Assembly (NCBI GenBank): GCA_963792585.1
Contig: CAWBWI010000001.1
Coordinates: 928,001-992,000, forward strand
Source of the DNA: Candidatus Eiseniibacteriota bacterium
Lineage (GTDB): Bacteria; Eisenbacteria; RBG-16-71-46; CAIMUX01; VGJL01
Length of the DNA: 64,000 bases
Reading direction: 5' to 3'
Shown: piece after piece, positions 47,897-58,484 of the stretch
How the letters are laid out: each line of letters begins with the position of its first letter
How positions within the stretch are numbered: the stretch's first letter is position 1
Translations under genes and position numbers: made by a program
The notes under the pieces: model-generated
Told to the model about the DNA's origin: nothing
The model's database searches: none
Seen by the model: the letters and a program-made list of their open reading frames with translations, nothing else

Positions 47897-47926
47897 TTGA
47901 CCCTTCCTCGGACCCGCTGGTAGCTT
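47897..47926 (+). promoter_or_regulatory. Putative sigma70 promoter of the TBDR-PorV operon
   Basis: TTGACC-18 nt-TAGCTT with a TG extension, in the 90-nt gap after deoC. Confidence 0.6.
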
Positions 47927-47958
47927 TCCCCGCGATTGGCAGAACGTCAGACGAGGGA

Positions 47959-50880
47959 ATGAAGAAGAGAAGACTGGCCGGTTGGTTCCGCGATTCGCGC
48001 CTTCCACATCGAGCGGGAGGCGTCTGTTTGCTTCATCTGTTCCTCCTCTCATTGCTCGCCTTCGCGGTCACGGCGAAGGGTGCGGGCAGGATCGAGGGAC
48101 GTATCCTCGACGCCGAGAACGGCAAGCCCCTCGCCTACGCAAACGTGGTCCTCCTCGGCACCGCCAAGGGGGCGATGAGCCAAGCCGACGGCGGATTCGC
48201 CATCACCCCCCTCGATGCCGGCAGCTACGAGTTGCAGGTCAGCTTCGTCGGCTACGAGACCGTCAAGCAAACCGTCCAGCTCGAGGAAGGCCAGACGCTG
48301 ACCGTCACATTCCGCTTGAAGTCCTCCGCCGTGAGGACCCGGGAGGTGACGATCAAGGCGGATCGTCCCCTCGTCGACGTCAAGCGCGCCTCCACCATTC
48401 GCACGTACGACGAGTCGGAGCTCAAGGCGCTCGCCAGTCAGCCGACGCTCGACAGCGTGGTCGAGCAGCAACCGGGGGTCACCAAGGACAACGATCAGAT
48501 CCACATCCGCGGCGGACGCGCCGACGAGACGCTCTACATCGTCGACGGCGTGAAACAACGCGACCTGCTCTCCGGCGATTCCAAGGGTTCGACGATCGGA
48601 TCGCGGTCGGTCGCCGAGGTAAACATCATCACCGGAGGATTCGACGCGAAATACGGCCAGGCGCTGTCGGGGATCGTCGAGGCGAAGCTGAAGGAGGGAA
48701 CCGAGCAGTTCCACGGCTACTTCGGATACTCAACCGATCGCGGGATCGACGACCAGACGGTCGATCTCTTCGATTTCCAGATCTCGGGCCCACTCCAGGT
48801 GATGCCGCGCGTCGCGAAGCTTCTGGGCGCGGATGACGGCGGAAAGATGAAGTTCTTCCTCGACGTCTCCGCCGATCTGAGCAACGGATGGCTTCCTTCG
48901 ATCCGCGACCTCCCGGGCGACAAGAAGCTGCACTCTTCGTATAGCGATCGGATGTTCGGGAACCGCTACCGGTACGAGAACTTCTTCTACCCCCGCGCGA
49001 ACAACGATTGGAGGCTTCTCTTCAAGACGAGCTGGCGCGCGACGACATCGGACAAGTTCGATCTCTCGTTCACGAAGAGCTTGAGCTTCGATCAAGGTTT
49101 CGGACAGGCGGACATCGCCGACATCAACCGCAACGAGATCAGCTACCCGTGGAACTGGGCGAATCGACTCGACCACTACTACACCGACAGCCAGGATCAG
49201 AACGCGTTCTCATTCGTATGGAACAAGGGCGTGACGCGCAATCTCGTGAGCGCCATGACCCTCACTCGATTCTTCACATCGAGCCACAGGGACGTGGCGG
49301 GCAAGCTGTGGACCGGCTACGACGCGCGCACCGACACCGACGCTCCCGACGAGAACGTGTCCCCCTATTTCCGGGACGTCGGGGACGCCTCCGACTACCG
49401 CGATCGGTTCGTGGAGACCCTGAGCCTCTCCAACGACTGGTCCTTCACGCGCAACCGTCACAAGTTCGATTGGGGCTGGGGCCACCAGCTCGAGAACGTC
49501 CAGTACCTCACCCTGACGGCAACCACCATCGATCTTCCCGACAAGCCTCTCGGCGACGAGTTCGACCTCTTCCACGTCCACCCATCTTCGGGGGCGATGT
49601 ACGTGCAGGATCGGCTCGAGTACGAGAGCCTGATCGCCGGGATCGGCCTGCGCTACGACTACTGGTTCCCGGGCAAGGAAGTCGAGGACCTCTTCGACAA
49701 CTGGCAGACGCTGAACCGGCCGACCATCAATGCCGCAACACGTGAGGAGTTCATCGGGGACACCCACGGGCTGTTCGGCCGACGATTCAAGGGACATCTC
49801 TCTCCGAGGCTCCAGATCAGCCATCCGATCACGGCACACGACAACCTATTCTTCAACTATGGCCACTTCACGCAGCGTCCCGCCTACTTCTACGTCTTCG
49901 CGAAGTCGAGTTCGCAGTCGTCCGAGGAGTTCCCGCGCATCGGGAATCCGAATCTCAACCCCGAGATTTCCGTGCAGTACGAGCTGGGCGGGGGCCATCA
50001 GTTCAAACCCGATCTCGCCACGAAGCTCTCCCTCTTCTACAAGGACATCTACGACTACCCGACCTCGACGACCCTCGTTCTCAAGGAACGCCGGACGAGC
50101 CGATCGAATTTCTTCATCTATCGAAACCTGGACTACGCACGCTCCACGGGATTCGAGATGGAGCTGCGCAAGCGTCGGCTTGGGCACTGGAGCGGGGCGG
50201 TCGCTTATACATATTCCGTGGCCAAGGGAAAGAGCTCCGACCCGAACAACCTGAAGCTCGTTCAGGAGAGCGGCGGTGACGCCCGGGAAACGGATCTTGG
50301 CGAGATGTTCATGTGGTGGAATCGGCCGCACAAGTTCACGATCTGGTATTCCTGCGCTTCCGAGCGCGGCGACAGGATGCGGCTGTTCGGAAGGCGCCTG
50401 CCGGACGACTGGAACCTGAGCGTCTACACGCTCGTCCAGTCGGGGCGCGCCTACACGCCGACCAACAGCTTCGGGGACAAGACCGGGCAAGACTACTCGA
50501 AGAACGGTCCTTTCGAGACGACGACCAACCTGAAGCTCCGGAAGGGATTCCGCCCGTTCGGCCTCAACATGGAGGCGACCCTCGAGGTCTTCAACCTCTT
50601 CAACCGGCGGACTGCGTTGTCGGTCGACCCGGCCACCGGCAAGCTCTGGAAGCCGGGCAAGGGATCCCTCAACTCGGCCTACGAGAATCCTGCGAACCTG
50701 AAGCTCTCGGATGAGGATCTGATCGAGGCCACCGGAGCCAGCGTCGGCGCCGATCAGTCGATCGAAGAGGTGGCCGCGGGGATCCGATCCACGATCCAGG
50801 CCACCGTCGATCGATATGCGAACCCGTCGTACCGGGCCGCGCCACGGGCCGTGCGCGTCGGCGTGGGGGTCGAATGGTGA
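47959..50880 (+). CDS. TonB-dependent receptor with N-terminal carboxypeptidase-regulatory-like domain
   Basis: GRIEGRILDAENGKPLAYANV, VSFVGY; plug IHIRGGRADETLYIVDG, GGFDAKYGQALSG; SPRL, GNPNLNPE, NLFN; C-terminal W. Confidence 0.92.
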   Translation: MKKRRLAGWFRDSRLPHRAGGVCLLHLFLLSLLAFAVTAKGAGRIEGRILDAENGKPLAYANVVLLGTAKGAMSQADGGFAITPLDAGSYELQVSFVGYETVKQTVQLEEGQTLTVTFRLKSSAVRTREVTIKADRPLVDVKRASTIRTYDESELKALASQPTLDSVVEQQPGVTKDNDQIHIRGGRADETLYIVDGVKQRDLLSGDSKGSTIGSRSVAEVNIITGGFDAKYGQALSGIVEAKLKEGTEQFHGYFGYSTDRGIDDQTVDLFDFQISGPLQVMPRVAKLLGADDGGKMKFFLDVSADLSNGWLPSIRDLPGDKKLHSSYSDRMFGNRYRYENFFYPRANNDWRLLFKTSWRATTSDKFDLSFTKSLSFDQGFGQADIADINRNEISYPWNWANRLDHYYTDSQDQNAFSFVWNKGVTRNLVSAMTLTRFFTSSHRDVAGKLWTGYDARTDTDAPDENVSPYFRDVGDASDYRDRFVETLSLSNDWSFTRNRHKFDWGWGHQLENVQYLTLTATTIDLPDKPLGDEFDLFHVHPSSGAMYVQDRLEYESLIAGIGLRYDYWFPGKEVEDLFDNWQTLNRPTINAATREEFIGDTHGLFGRRFKGHLSPRLQISHPITAHDNLFFNYGHFTQRPAYFYVFAKSSSQSSEEFPRIGNPNLNPEISVQYELGGGHQFKPDLATKLSLFYKDIYDYPTSTTLVLKERRTSRSNFFIYRNLDYARSTGFEMELRKRRLGHWSGAVAYTYSVAKGKSSDPNNLKLVQESGGDARETDLGEMFMWWNRPHKFTIWYSCASERGDRMRLFGRRLPDDWNLSVYTLVQSGRAYTPTNSFGDKTGQDYSKNGPFETTTNLKLRKGFRPFGLNMEATLEVFNLFNRRTALSVDPATGKLWKPGKGSLNSAYENPANLKLSDEDLIEATGASVGADQSIEEVAAGIRSTIQATVDRYANPSYRAAPRAVRVGVGVEW

Positions 50881-51875
50881 CCCGTCGCATCTCGGTCCTC
50901 CACCTGCTGCTCGGACTCGCCGCCATCAGCGCGTCCGCCGCCAACGCCCAGACGAGCCTGGGCGGCCAGCGCGCAGGAACATCCAGCGGAACATTCCTCA
51001 AGATCGGCGTCGACGCCCGCGGAGTCGCCCTCGGGGGCGCCTACGTCGCCCTCGTCGAAGGGCCGTTCGCACCATTCTACAATCCGGCGGGTATCTCCAA
51101 GATGCGCGACCCCGCCGGAGCATTCAGCTATGCCCGCTGGCCGGCCGACATCAGCGTCTTCGCATTCTCCTTCGGCCGCCCGTGGGGGGACGCAGGCTCC
51201 GCCCTCGCCGTGTCCGCCGAGTATGTGGGAACCTCGCTGGACGAAACCGACGAATACCATCCCCTGGGGACCGGTCGCACCTTTTCCTATAGCGATCTCC
51301 TGCTCGGATTCAGTGCCGCGCGTCCGTTCACCGACCGCTTGTCGATCGGCGTCTCGACGAAGTTCTTCCGTGAGGACCTCGGATCCGGGGTCGGCGGACC
51401 GGTCACCCAGAGCTGGCTCGTCGACGCGGGGACTTGTTATCTGATCGGGGCGTTGAATGGTCGGCTCGCCATCAGCCTTCTGAACTTCGGACCCGACCTC
51501 AAGCCGGAAGGATCGTTCTACAGCGTCGTGCGCCAGGATCAGGTCGACTACGCAAGCTTCTCGGCCCCGACGAGTTTCCGGATCGGCCTCTCCCTCGAGC
51601 CGTATCACCGCGGCCCGCACGGTCTGCTCCTGGCGAGCGAGGTCGTTCACGTCGCCGACAATCAGGAATCGTTCCGCGGAGGCCTCGAGTACTCCTACCA
51701 GGGGCGCTATTACGCACGCGCCGGGATGGATCCGGGCGCGGACGCGGCGAAGTTCTCCGCCGGCCTGGGTCTCTCGATCCCCCTCGCGGGCTCGAACCTG
51801 AAGATCGACTATGCCTACACGGACGGGGGCCCCCTTCTGGCGATCCATCGCTGGTCGGTGGTGATGCCGTTCTGA
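50874..51875 (+). CDS. PorV/PorQ family (FadL-like) outer-membrane beta-barrel
   Basis: FLKIGVDARGVALGGAYVA, FYNPAG, LLNFGP, P-x-SFRIG, GLEY, IDYAY; C-terminal F; overlaps the TBDR stop. Confidence 0.85.
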   Translation: MVTRRISVLHLLLGLAAISASAANAQTSLGGQRAGTSSGTFLKIGVDARGVALGGAYVALVEGPFAPFYNPAGISKMRDPAGAFSYARWPADISVFAFSFGRPWGDAGSALAVSAEYVGTSLDETDEYHPLGTGRTFSYSDLLLGFSAARPFTDRLSIGVSTKFFREDLGSGVGGPVTQSWLVDAGTCYLIGALNGRLAISLLNFGPDLKPEGSFYSVVRQDQVDYASFSAPTSFRIGLSLEPYHRGPHGLLLASEVVHVADNQESFRGGLEYSYQGRYYARAGMDPGADAAKFSAGLGLSIPLAGSNLKIDYAYTDGGPLLAIHRWSVVMPF

Positions 51876-51883
51876 GGTACGGG

Positions 51884-52837
51884 ATGGGAAGGATGCGGGA
51901 GCGGATCCTGGGGATCATGGCCGCCGTCGTGGTGCTCGCCGGTTGCGGTCAGAAGTTCACCCTTCCGCCACAACCCGAGCCCGGCCGGATTCCGACCCCC
52001 GGAACCTACAACCTCGACAAGGTCTGGCACCTTCCGTCACCGACCGACGTGGTCCTGCGCGGCAGCTACCTCTTCGTGATCGAGGAGCATGCGCGGGTGA
52101 ACGTCTACCTGAGCCGCCAGAAGGAGCCGGTCCATCCGAGTTTCATCGGGACCTTCGATGGTCTGACCCGACCGATCCAGCTCTGCCTCGCGAAGCGGGA
52201 CTCGACATTCCTCTTCGTGGCCGATGCCGCGGACATGACGATCAAGCGTTACTACTTCCGCGGGGGTCCTTCGCTCTTCAGCTTCACCGACACGTCGTGG
52301 ACCTCCATCGACGGGATCGCCGCGGACAGCGACCTGAACGTCTACGTCTCCTGTGCCGTCCGCGACAGCAGCGTGATCTACAAGTACAACGCCCTGGGCA
52401 AGAGGGTGCGGCTGATCTCCGGCGCCGGCACCGGTCAGGGGTTCTGCATCCGCCCGCACGGCCTGGCCTTCGTCAACAACTCCGTCTGGGTTTCCGACCC
52501 TGGCAATTCCCGCGCGCAGCGTCTCCACTCAGATTCGACGAACGCCGCCTACCCCGGGAGGCCGATCGGCGCGGTGTTCCCGCTCGCGGAGCCGGTCGAC
52601 GTCGCGACGGATCCTGCGGGCCAGAGGATCTTCGTCGTGGAGGAACAGGGCGACCGCATCCTGCGATTCCAGCCGACGGGGGCGCTCGAGGACACCGTCT
52701 ACACGCAGGCACGCAAGGAGACGATCGTCGATCCGCCCATCGACGCGCCCCGCTATATCGCCGCCGACGACAGCCTCGTATTCCTGCCCGATTCGGCGAA
52801 CAACCGGATCGTTGTCGTGAGGCTCACGAAACAATGA
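51884..52837 (+). CDS. NHL-repeat beta-propeller lipoprotein
   Basis: VVVLAGC lipobox; repeats GIAADSDLNVYV, PHGLAF...VWVSDPGNSR, PVDVATD...IFV, PRYIAAD...DSANNRIV. Confidence 0.8.
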   Translation: MGRMRERILGIMAAVVVLAGCGQKFTLPPQPEPGRIPTPGTYNLDKVWHLPSPTDVVLRGSYLFVIEEHARVNVYLSRQKEPVHPSFIGTFDGLTRPIQLCLAKRDSTFLFVADAADMTIKRYYFRGGPSLFSFTDTSWTSIDGIAADSDLNVYVSCAVRDSSVIYKYNALGKRVRLISGAGTGQGFCIRPHGLAFVNNSVWVSDPGNSRAQRLHSDSTNAAYPGRPIGAVFPLAEPVDVATDPAGQRIFVVEEQGDRILRFQPTGALEDTVYTQARKETIVDPPIDAPRYIAADDSLVFLPDSANNRIVVVRLTKQ

Positions 52838-54797
52838 GGCGCCCCATCACCATATTGACGTTCTGCGTCCTCTGGATCGCGGCGCTGCCGATCGCCCGAG
52901 CCGACGACGACGGCCTTCGCGTCTACCTGAACGGCAAATGGCAGGCGCTCGACGCCGCCGCGCGGATCGACACGCTGATCTCCCTGCGCGTCACCTCCGG
53001 CAACAACATGGGACTCACGCTCTACAACACAGGCTTCGTCGGGACGAACCTCGCCGACCGCTCCCCGTCGATGGAGTTTCCGCTGCGGAGCACTCAGGAA
53101 CATCTGGTCCGGGCCGGACTCTGGGTGGGGGGCTCACGACCAGCGAGCCGCCCGAGAGTCTGGTGTCGACCGCGACGATCGACGGATCCGTTGGGAGCTT
53201 CGATCCCAACTCGGTGAGCGAGTTCTTTCCTTCGGCGACCGAGATCCGGGAACGCTCGACGTTGCCGAACAGCCGCTACTTCAGCCCCGACGCCCGCAGC
53301 GAGCAGGACTTTCAGCTCGCCTACTTCGACAGCCACCACCACACCAATCCGGAGCACCACCCTCTGGGGGTCAAGGTGGAGCTGGAGACCATGCTCTACA
53401 GCTTCGAGCCGTTCGACGCGATCGTGATCGCCAACTACAAGATCATCAATACCAAGCCCGACGATCCGATCTACAACCTCTATGTCGGCCTCTACTCGGA
53501 GATGGCCTCCGGCTGGAAGGATGGGCACGCCGAGTGGCCCCCGAGCGGTTGGTTCCGGAAGAAGGACATCGCCTACGTCGATTCGCTCCGCCTCGTGACC
53601 GAGCATCACTACAACCTGGACAACGGCAACTGCCCGTCGTGGGGCGGCGCGCTCTTGCTCGGCACCCGGCCGAAGCCAATCGGCGAGATGACCGTCTCGT
53701 TCAACTGGTGGAACTGGGACCCGAACGGCAACCTCTCCGGGACCCCGCACGTCGACGCCGAGCGTTTCGCCACGATGAGCAACGGCTCGATCGACGCGAC
53801 CGCCGGCCTCGAGGCGCCGAACAACGACCCGGTCACCCTCCTCTCGGTCGGCCCCTTCGAAGTGCTGGAGCCCGGTGACACGATCCAGGTCTCGTTCGCA
53901 TTCGTCGGTGGCCAGCCTTCGCCCAGGGACGGCCGGAGCGCCGAGCAGGACATCGCCTTCAACGCTCAGTGGGCGCAGAAGGCATTCGACCTGAATTTCA
54001 ACATCCCCGTTCCTCCCCCCTCCCCCACCATGCGGGTATTCCCGGGGCATGACCGCCTGACGCTGCGTTGGGCTCGATCCCCCGAGGACTTCCTCGATCC
54101 GAAGAGCCACCAGAAGGACTTCGAGGGCTACCGGATCTACGTGAGCGAGGAGAAGGAGGAGGAAGGCTTCCGGATGATCCGACAGGTCGACAAGGTGGAC
54201 AGCCTCCTCGAGAACACCGGACTCGAGGCGGTGCGCGACCCGCAGACGATAGACGGCGTGGACTACGAGTACCGCTACGACATCGAGAGCCTGCGGGACG
54301 GGTTCAAGTACTGGACGACGATCACGTCCTTCGACACCGGCACGAACGAGGTCCCGCCCCTCGAGAGCGGCCTGGCGCAGGGCCGTACCTTCGCCATCCC
54401 CGGCGCGGGCACGAAGTTCGAGAACAAGGTGAAGGTCTTTCCGAACCCGTACCGAGGAGACGCCGTCTGGGACGGATCCCTGGCCCGCGACCGGTATCTC
54501 TGGTTCGTGAACTTGCCGAAACGCTGCACGATCCGGATCTACACCCTCTCGGGCGATCTGGTCGACACGATCCCGTTCGATGCGGCGACCTACAACGCGA
54601 CGGAAATCCGCGGCATCTTCGATCCGACCGACGTCCAGAACCCGGACAACGACGTCCCGGTGCTCTCCGGCGGCATGGCGGCATGGGACCTTGTCACACG
54701 CAACGATCAGGGGATTGCCTCGGGGCTGTATATCTTCTCGGTCGAAGACCTCGAGACCGGCAAAACTCAGCTCGGCAAGTTCCTGGTCCTGAAGTAG
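52834..54797 (+). CDS. Secreted hypothetical protein with FN3-like segment and variant T9SS-type CTD (frameshift near 53130)
   Basis: ATGA overlap; signal peptide; GLWVGG; VPPPSP...LTLRW...DFEGYRIY; KVFPNPY...FVNLP..CTIRIYTLSGDLV...WDL...IASGLYIFSV...GKFLVLK. Confidence 0.8.
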
Positions 54798-54810
54798 GAA
54801 TGGTTCACCC

Positions 54811-56298
54811 ATGAGGATTCGGATCCGTCTCGCCCTGTTCCTCCTCCTGCTCGGGGCCCTGCCCGCGTGCGAGGAGAACAAAGGGGTCTATCCGCCGAAC
54901 GTGGCGCCGAAGACCTATCTGTCCGTCGTCGGCGACAGCCTGTCGTCGACCGACTATCGCAAGATCCTCCACTGGTGGGGCAGCGACCCCGACGGCGTGG
55001 TCGGCGGCTACCTGATCCGGTGGAACGGCGGCTGGGTCCCCCCTACGGGAACGGGCCGGGAGTATGCCGGCGAGCTGTATGCGTTCACGACGGCGACACA
55101 GGACACATTCCCCGTGCCGCTCGACGGGACCGGCGCAGTGCGGAATTTCATCGTGCGCGCGGTGGACGCCGAGGATCTGGTCGACCCCGTCGGCGTGAGC
55201 CAGAGTTTCCCTCTCCACAACAACGCTCCCTCGCTCGCGTGGAATGCCGAGATCCCGAGACCGACGAGCAGCTACCCCGCCGTCGCATTCGGCTTCCGTC
55301 CGACCGACTTCGACGGACGCGAGACGGTGATCAGCTACCGGATCTGGCTCGACGACGACTCCCTGAACGCGCGGACCGTATCCGACACGATCGTCGGCCT
55401 CTACCCCGCGGACTTCGGAGGCGATCATACAACCCGGGAACGAACGGTCCACGTACGCGCATACGATGACGCCCGCGCTGCGAGCAACACTCTCTCGCAC
55501 AGCTGGACGGTCCAGTGGCCGCAGACCGAATGGCTCAAGATCGATCAGGTCCCCCCTACCGGAAACCTCGCCAACTGGGATCGGCAATTCTACGCGGCGG
55601 TCATCGACTCCGTCTTCGGGACCGCTCTCGACCGGATCGACCTGTACAATGGTCCCGACTTCACGACGAGCCAGGAGATCGGTCCGCTCTTGTCGCTCTT
55701 CCGAGGCGTCCTCTGGCTCACCGGGCCCCATGTGGCGTCGAACGAATCGAAGATGGCCCGCAACCTGGCGCTTGCGGAGCAGGGCATCCGTGAGTACGTC
55801 GAGAACGGGGGACGGGTGCTCCTGATCGGCCAGTCCGTCCTCGGCTCCGGCGGCGGACTCTCGGACGCGTTCGCCACTGAGGTGCTCGGGATCCCCGAGT
55901 TCTTCGAGCAATGGACCGACATCCAGGATCCGTCGAGCGGCTCGACGAATGTTCCGATGAGCCATCCCGTGTACTACCGCAGGCTGGACGGGGGTCCCGA
56001 CAGCCTCCTCGTCTACAACATTCCCAACTATGTCGATTACTTCCGGGAACCCATCGCGCCGGCGGCCGGCCGTTACTGGGTCGCACCGGGGATACTCCGG
56101 ACGGAAACCGGCAACGCAATCGTCCCCGGCCAGGACCTCGATCCCGCCTATGCCGCCGTCACGGCGCCGTACGGTCAGGGCAGCATCACGGTCGTCACGA
56201 CATCCTATGCCCGGCTCTACGACGTCCTGCGCAACCCCGAGTGGAAACAGACGATCGGTGAGGGAATCCGACTATTCCGTGAGGCGCTCCAGCCCTAA
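54811..56298 (+). CDS. Hypothetical lipoprotein (Ig-like N-terminus)
   Basis: LLLGALPAC lipobox; NVAPKT, WWGSDPDG, FIVRAVD; YVENGGRVLLIG. Confidence 0.78.
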   Translation: MRIRIRLALFLLLLGALPACEENKGVYPPNVAPKTYLSVVGDSLSSTDYRKILHWWGSDPDGVVGGYLIRWNGGWVPPTGTGREYAGELYAFTTATQDTFPVPLDGTGAVRNFIVRAVDAEDLVDPVGVSQSFPLHNNAPSLAWNAEIPRPTSSYPAVAFGFRPTDFDGRETVISYRIWLDDDSLNARTVSDTIVGLYPADFGGDHTTRERTVHVRAYDDARAASNTLSHSWTVQWPQTEWLKIDQVPPTGNLANWDRQFYAAVIDSVFGTALDRIDLYNGPDFTTSQEIGPLLSLFRGVLWLTGPHVASNESKMARNLALAEQGIREYVENGGRVLLIGQSVLGSGGGLSDAFATEVLGIPEFFEQWTDIQDPSSGSTNVPMSHPVYYRRLDGGPDSLLVYNIPNYVDYFREPIAPAAGRYWVAPGILRTETGNAIVPGQDLDPAYAAVTAPYGQGSITVVTTSYARLYDVLRNPEWKQTIGEGIRLFREALQP

Positions 56299-56322
56299 CT
56301 CCTTTATTAAGAACCCTTAACA

Positions 56323-56351
56323 TTGACTGGGAGCCCCGGATGAGCTAGAGT
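56323..56351 (+). promoter_or_regulatory. Putative sigma70 promoter with AT-rich UP-like element
   Basis: TTGACT-17 nt-TAGAGT preceded by TTTATTAAGAACCCTTAA; leader hairpin at 56365-56387. Confidence 0.6.
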
Positions 56352-56443
56352 ACGCGTGGCATTTCCACGGGGGAAATCCCCGCGTGGCTCGGTCCGTTCG
56401 CTCATCTTGACCCACCCACTACCGAACCGGGAGGACTCGCACG

Positions 56444-58397
56444 ATGCGTCTGTCGCGCACTCTGGTCCTGCTGGCGAGCATCCTGTTGCTTGCCGGTGCG
56501 GCCATGGCAGAAGACTCGATCTATTCGATCCAGCTCGGCCTGATCAACAACAACACGCCGGTGGATGTCCAGGGCGTCGTCGTCACCGCCGTCGGCCGCT
56601 TCGGGGTCTTTGTTCAAGAACCGACGCCGGATCCGACCTATGGAAGGCAATACAGCGGGATCTGGGTCTATACCAACACCGTTCCCACCGTCCATCGCGG
56701 CGACATCGTCAACGTCCGCGGGACCTATTACGAGTACTTCGACTTCAGCGAGATCGACGCCTCTCCAGCCTACAACGGCACGGTCACCTTTACGGGTCTC
56801 GGCACGGTTCCGGATCCAGTGAGCGTCACGATCCCCGAGGTCAACAACCAGGGGTCATTCTCGGAGCCGTACGAGAGCGTCCTGATCCGCGTCGACCGAG
56901 AGGACAACACACTCTTTGCAGGCAGGCTCGACACCCACAACGAGTGGCACCTGAAGCGCGATCAACCCGTCACCTCGCCCTACCTGCAGATGGACCAGTA
57001 TTCCGCCCTCCCGACCGGCGACTTCACGTACGACGTGCCTGACTCCGGAGCGGCGCTCACCTTCGCGCAGGGCATCCTGGTCTACAACTTCAGCGAGTAC
57101 AAGCTCGCCCCTCGAAACTGCGATGAGGACCTGGGCACCGCCTGCCGCCCGAAGCTCCGCGGCGCCTACGGGACTTCCGCGACCGGCGTGGCCGTCCAGT
57201 TCGGCGTCCCCGTCACGCAGCAATCGGCGGAGACCGTGAGTAACTATCAGCTCGGTAGCGGACTCCTGGTGTACCAGGCGCACATCGATCCCTCCAACCA
57301 CAAGCGCGTATTCCTGGTCACCGATAACCTGGGCAACGGCGAGGAAGAGACGATCACCGTTCGCAACATCGTCTCCGAGAGCGGAGCGGTGATGAGCGGT
57401 CCCGAGACCGCGGCTTTCCGCACGGGCATCACGCCGATCGCATTGATCCAGCAGGTGGATGACCCGGCGGTGACCGATGTCTCCCCCTTGATCAACGAAG
57501 TCGTCACGATCTCCGGCCGGATCTCCGCCCTCGAGGGAACGAACTACTACTACCTCCAGGACGATGACGGCGGGGCATGGGACGGGATGTACGTGCGCGT
57601 CGCGAAGGGCACATCCCCGCTCAAGGTCGGGGACAGGGTTCATGTCGCCGGGCAGGTGACCGAGTACTTCGGCATGACGGAGCTCGAATTACAAGTCCGG
57701 CATCGACTACCTGCTTCCGCTCGGTGAGACCGGTCCGGTTACCACGAATGTCCTCCACACGAGCGATTTGAAGTACCGCGATACCGCCAAGGGCGCCGAG
57801 CCTTGGGAAGACTGCCTCGTCCGTCTGGAGTCCGCAACGCTCGACTCGCTCGCGGGCGTCGCGGGTCCGGCGTTCGGCGAGTGGCTCCTCTTCCAGCAGG
57901 GCTACCCCGACACCGCCAAGTTCGACATCAACGGCATGAACGGCAACAAGGCCTACGCCGCGTGCATCGGCGACGTCATCAACCTGACGGGCATGCTCGC
58001 CTACACGTTCGATCAGTATCAGATCTGGCCCCGGTCCGGTCGTGGGATCGACATCCAGGTCATCTACGACAACCCCGCGTGCCAGCCGACGGCTGCGCCC
58101 GAGAACGGCCCCTTCTCCGCGGGTCCTGCCTTGGAAAGCGTCCCCAACCCCTTCAACCCGAAGACGACGATCCGATACACCCTGCCCGAGGCCGGCTCCG
58201 TTCGCCTCGAAATCGTCGATCCCTCCGGAAGGATCGTCCGGACGCTCGTCGACCGTGTCGTGCTGAGCGCCGGAACGCAGCAGTCCGTCTGGGACGGCCG
58301 CGACGACGCCGGGCGACCGGCCGGAACCGGAACATACTTCGCGAAGCTCCGGACCGAGGAAGGAAGCGTCTCGAACAAGCTCATTCTCCTGAAGTAG
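56444..58397 (+). CDS. Secreted tandem OB-fold (YhcR/ExeM-like) protein with CTD (frameshift about 57700-57770)
   Basis: GGAGG RBS; signal peptide; two modules of V..G.V(T/S)A...(F/Y).Q...(S/D)G..V...GD.V.V.G...EYF..(S/T)E; CTD PNPFNP...WDGRDDAG...KLILLK. Confidence 0.78.
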
Positions 58398-58428
58398 CTT
58401 CGATCCGCGCGCACCGTGCGAACGAATC

Positions 58429-58457
58429 GGCCCCGTCGCGTCATGCGCGGCGGGGCC
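58429..58457. terminator. Hairpin between convergent genes
   Basis: GGCCCCGTCGCG-TCATG-CGCGGCGGGGCC, 12-bp stem with one wobble pair. Confidence 0.55.
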
Positions 58458-58484
58458 ATCTCGTGTCTCGCTCTGGTTTCGCGA

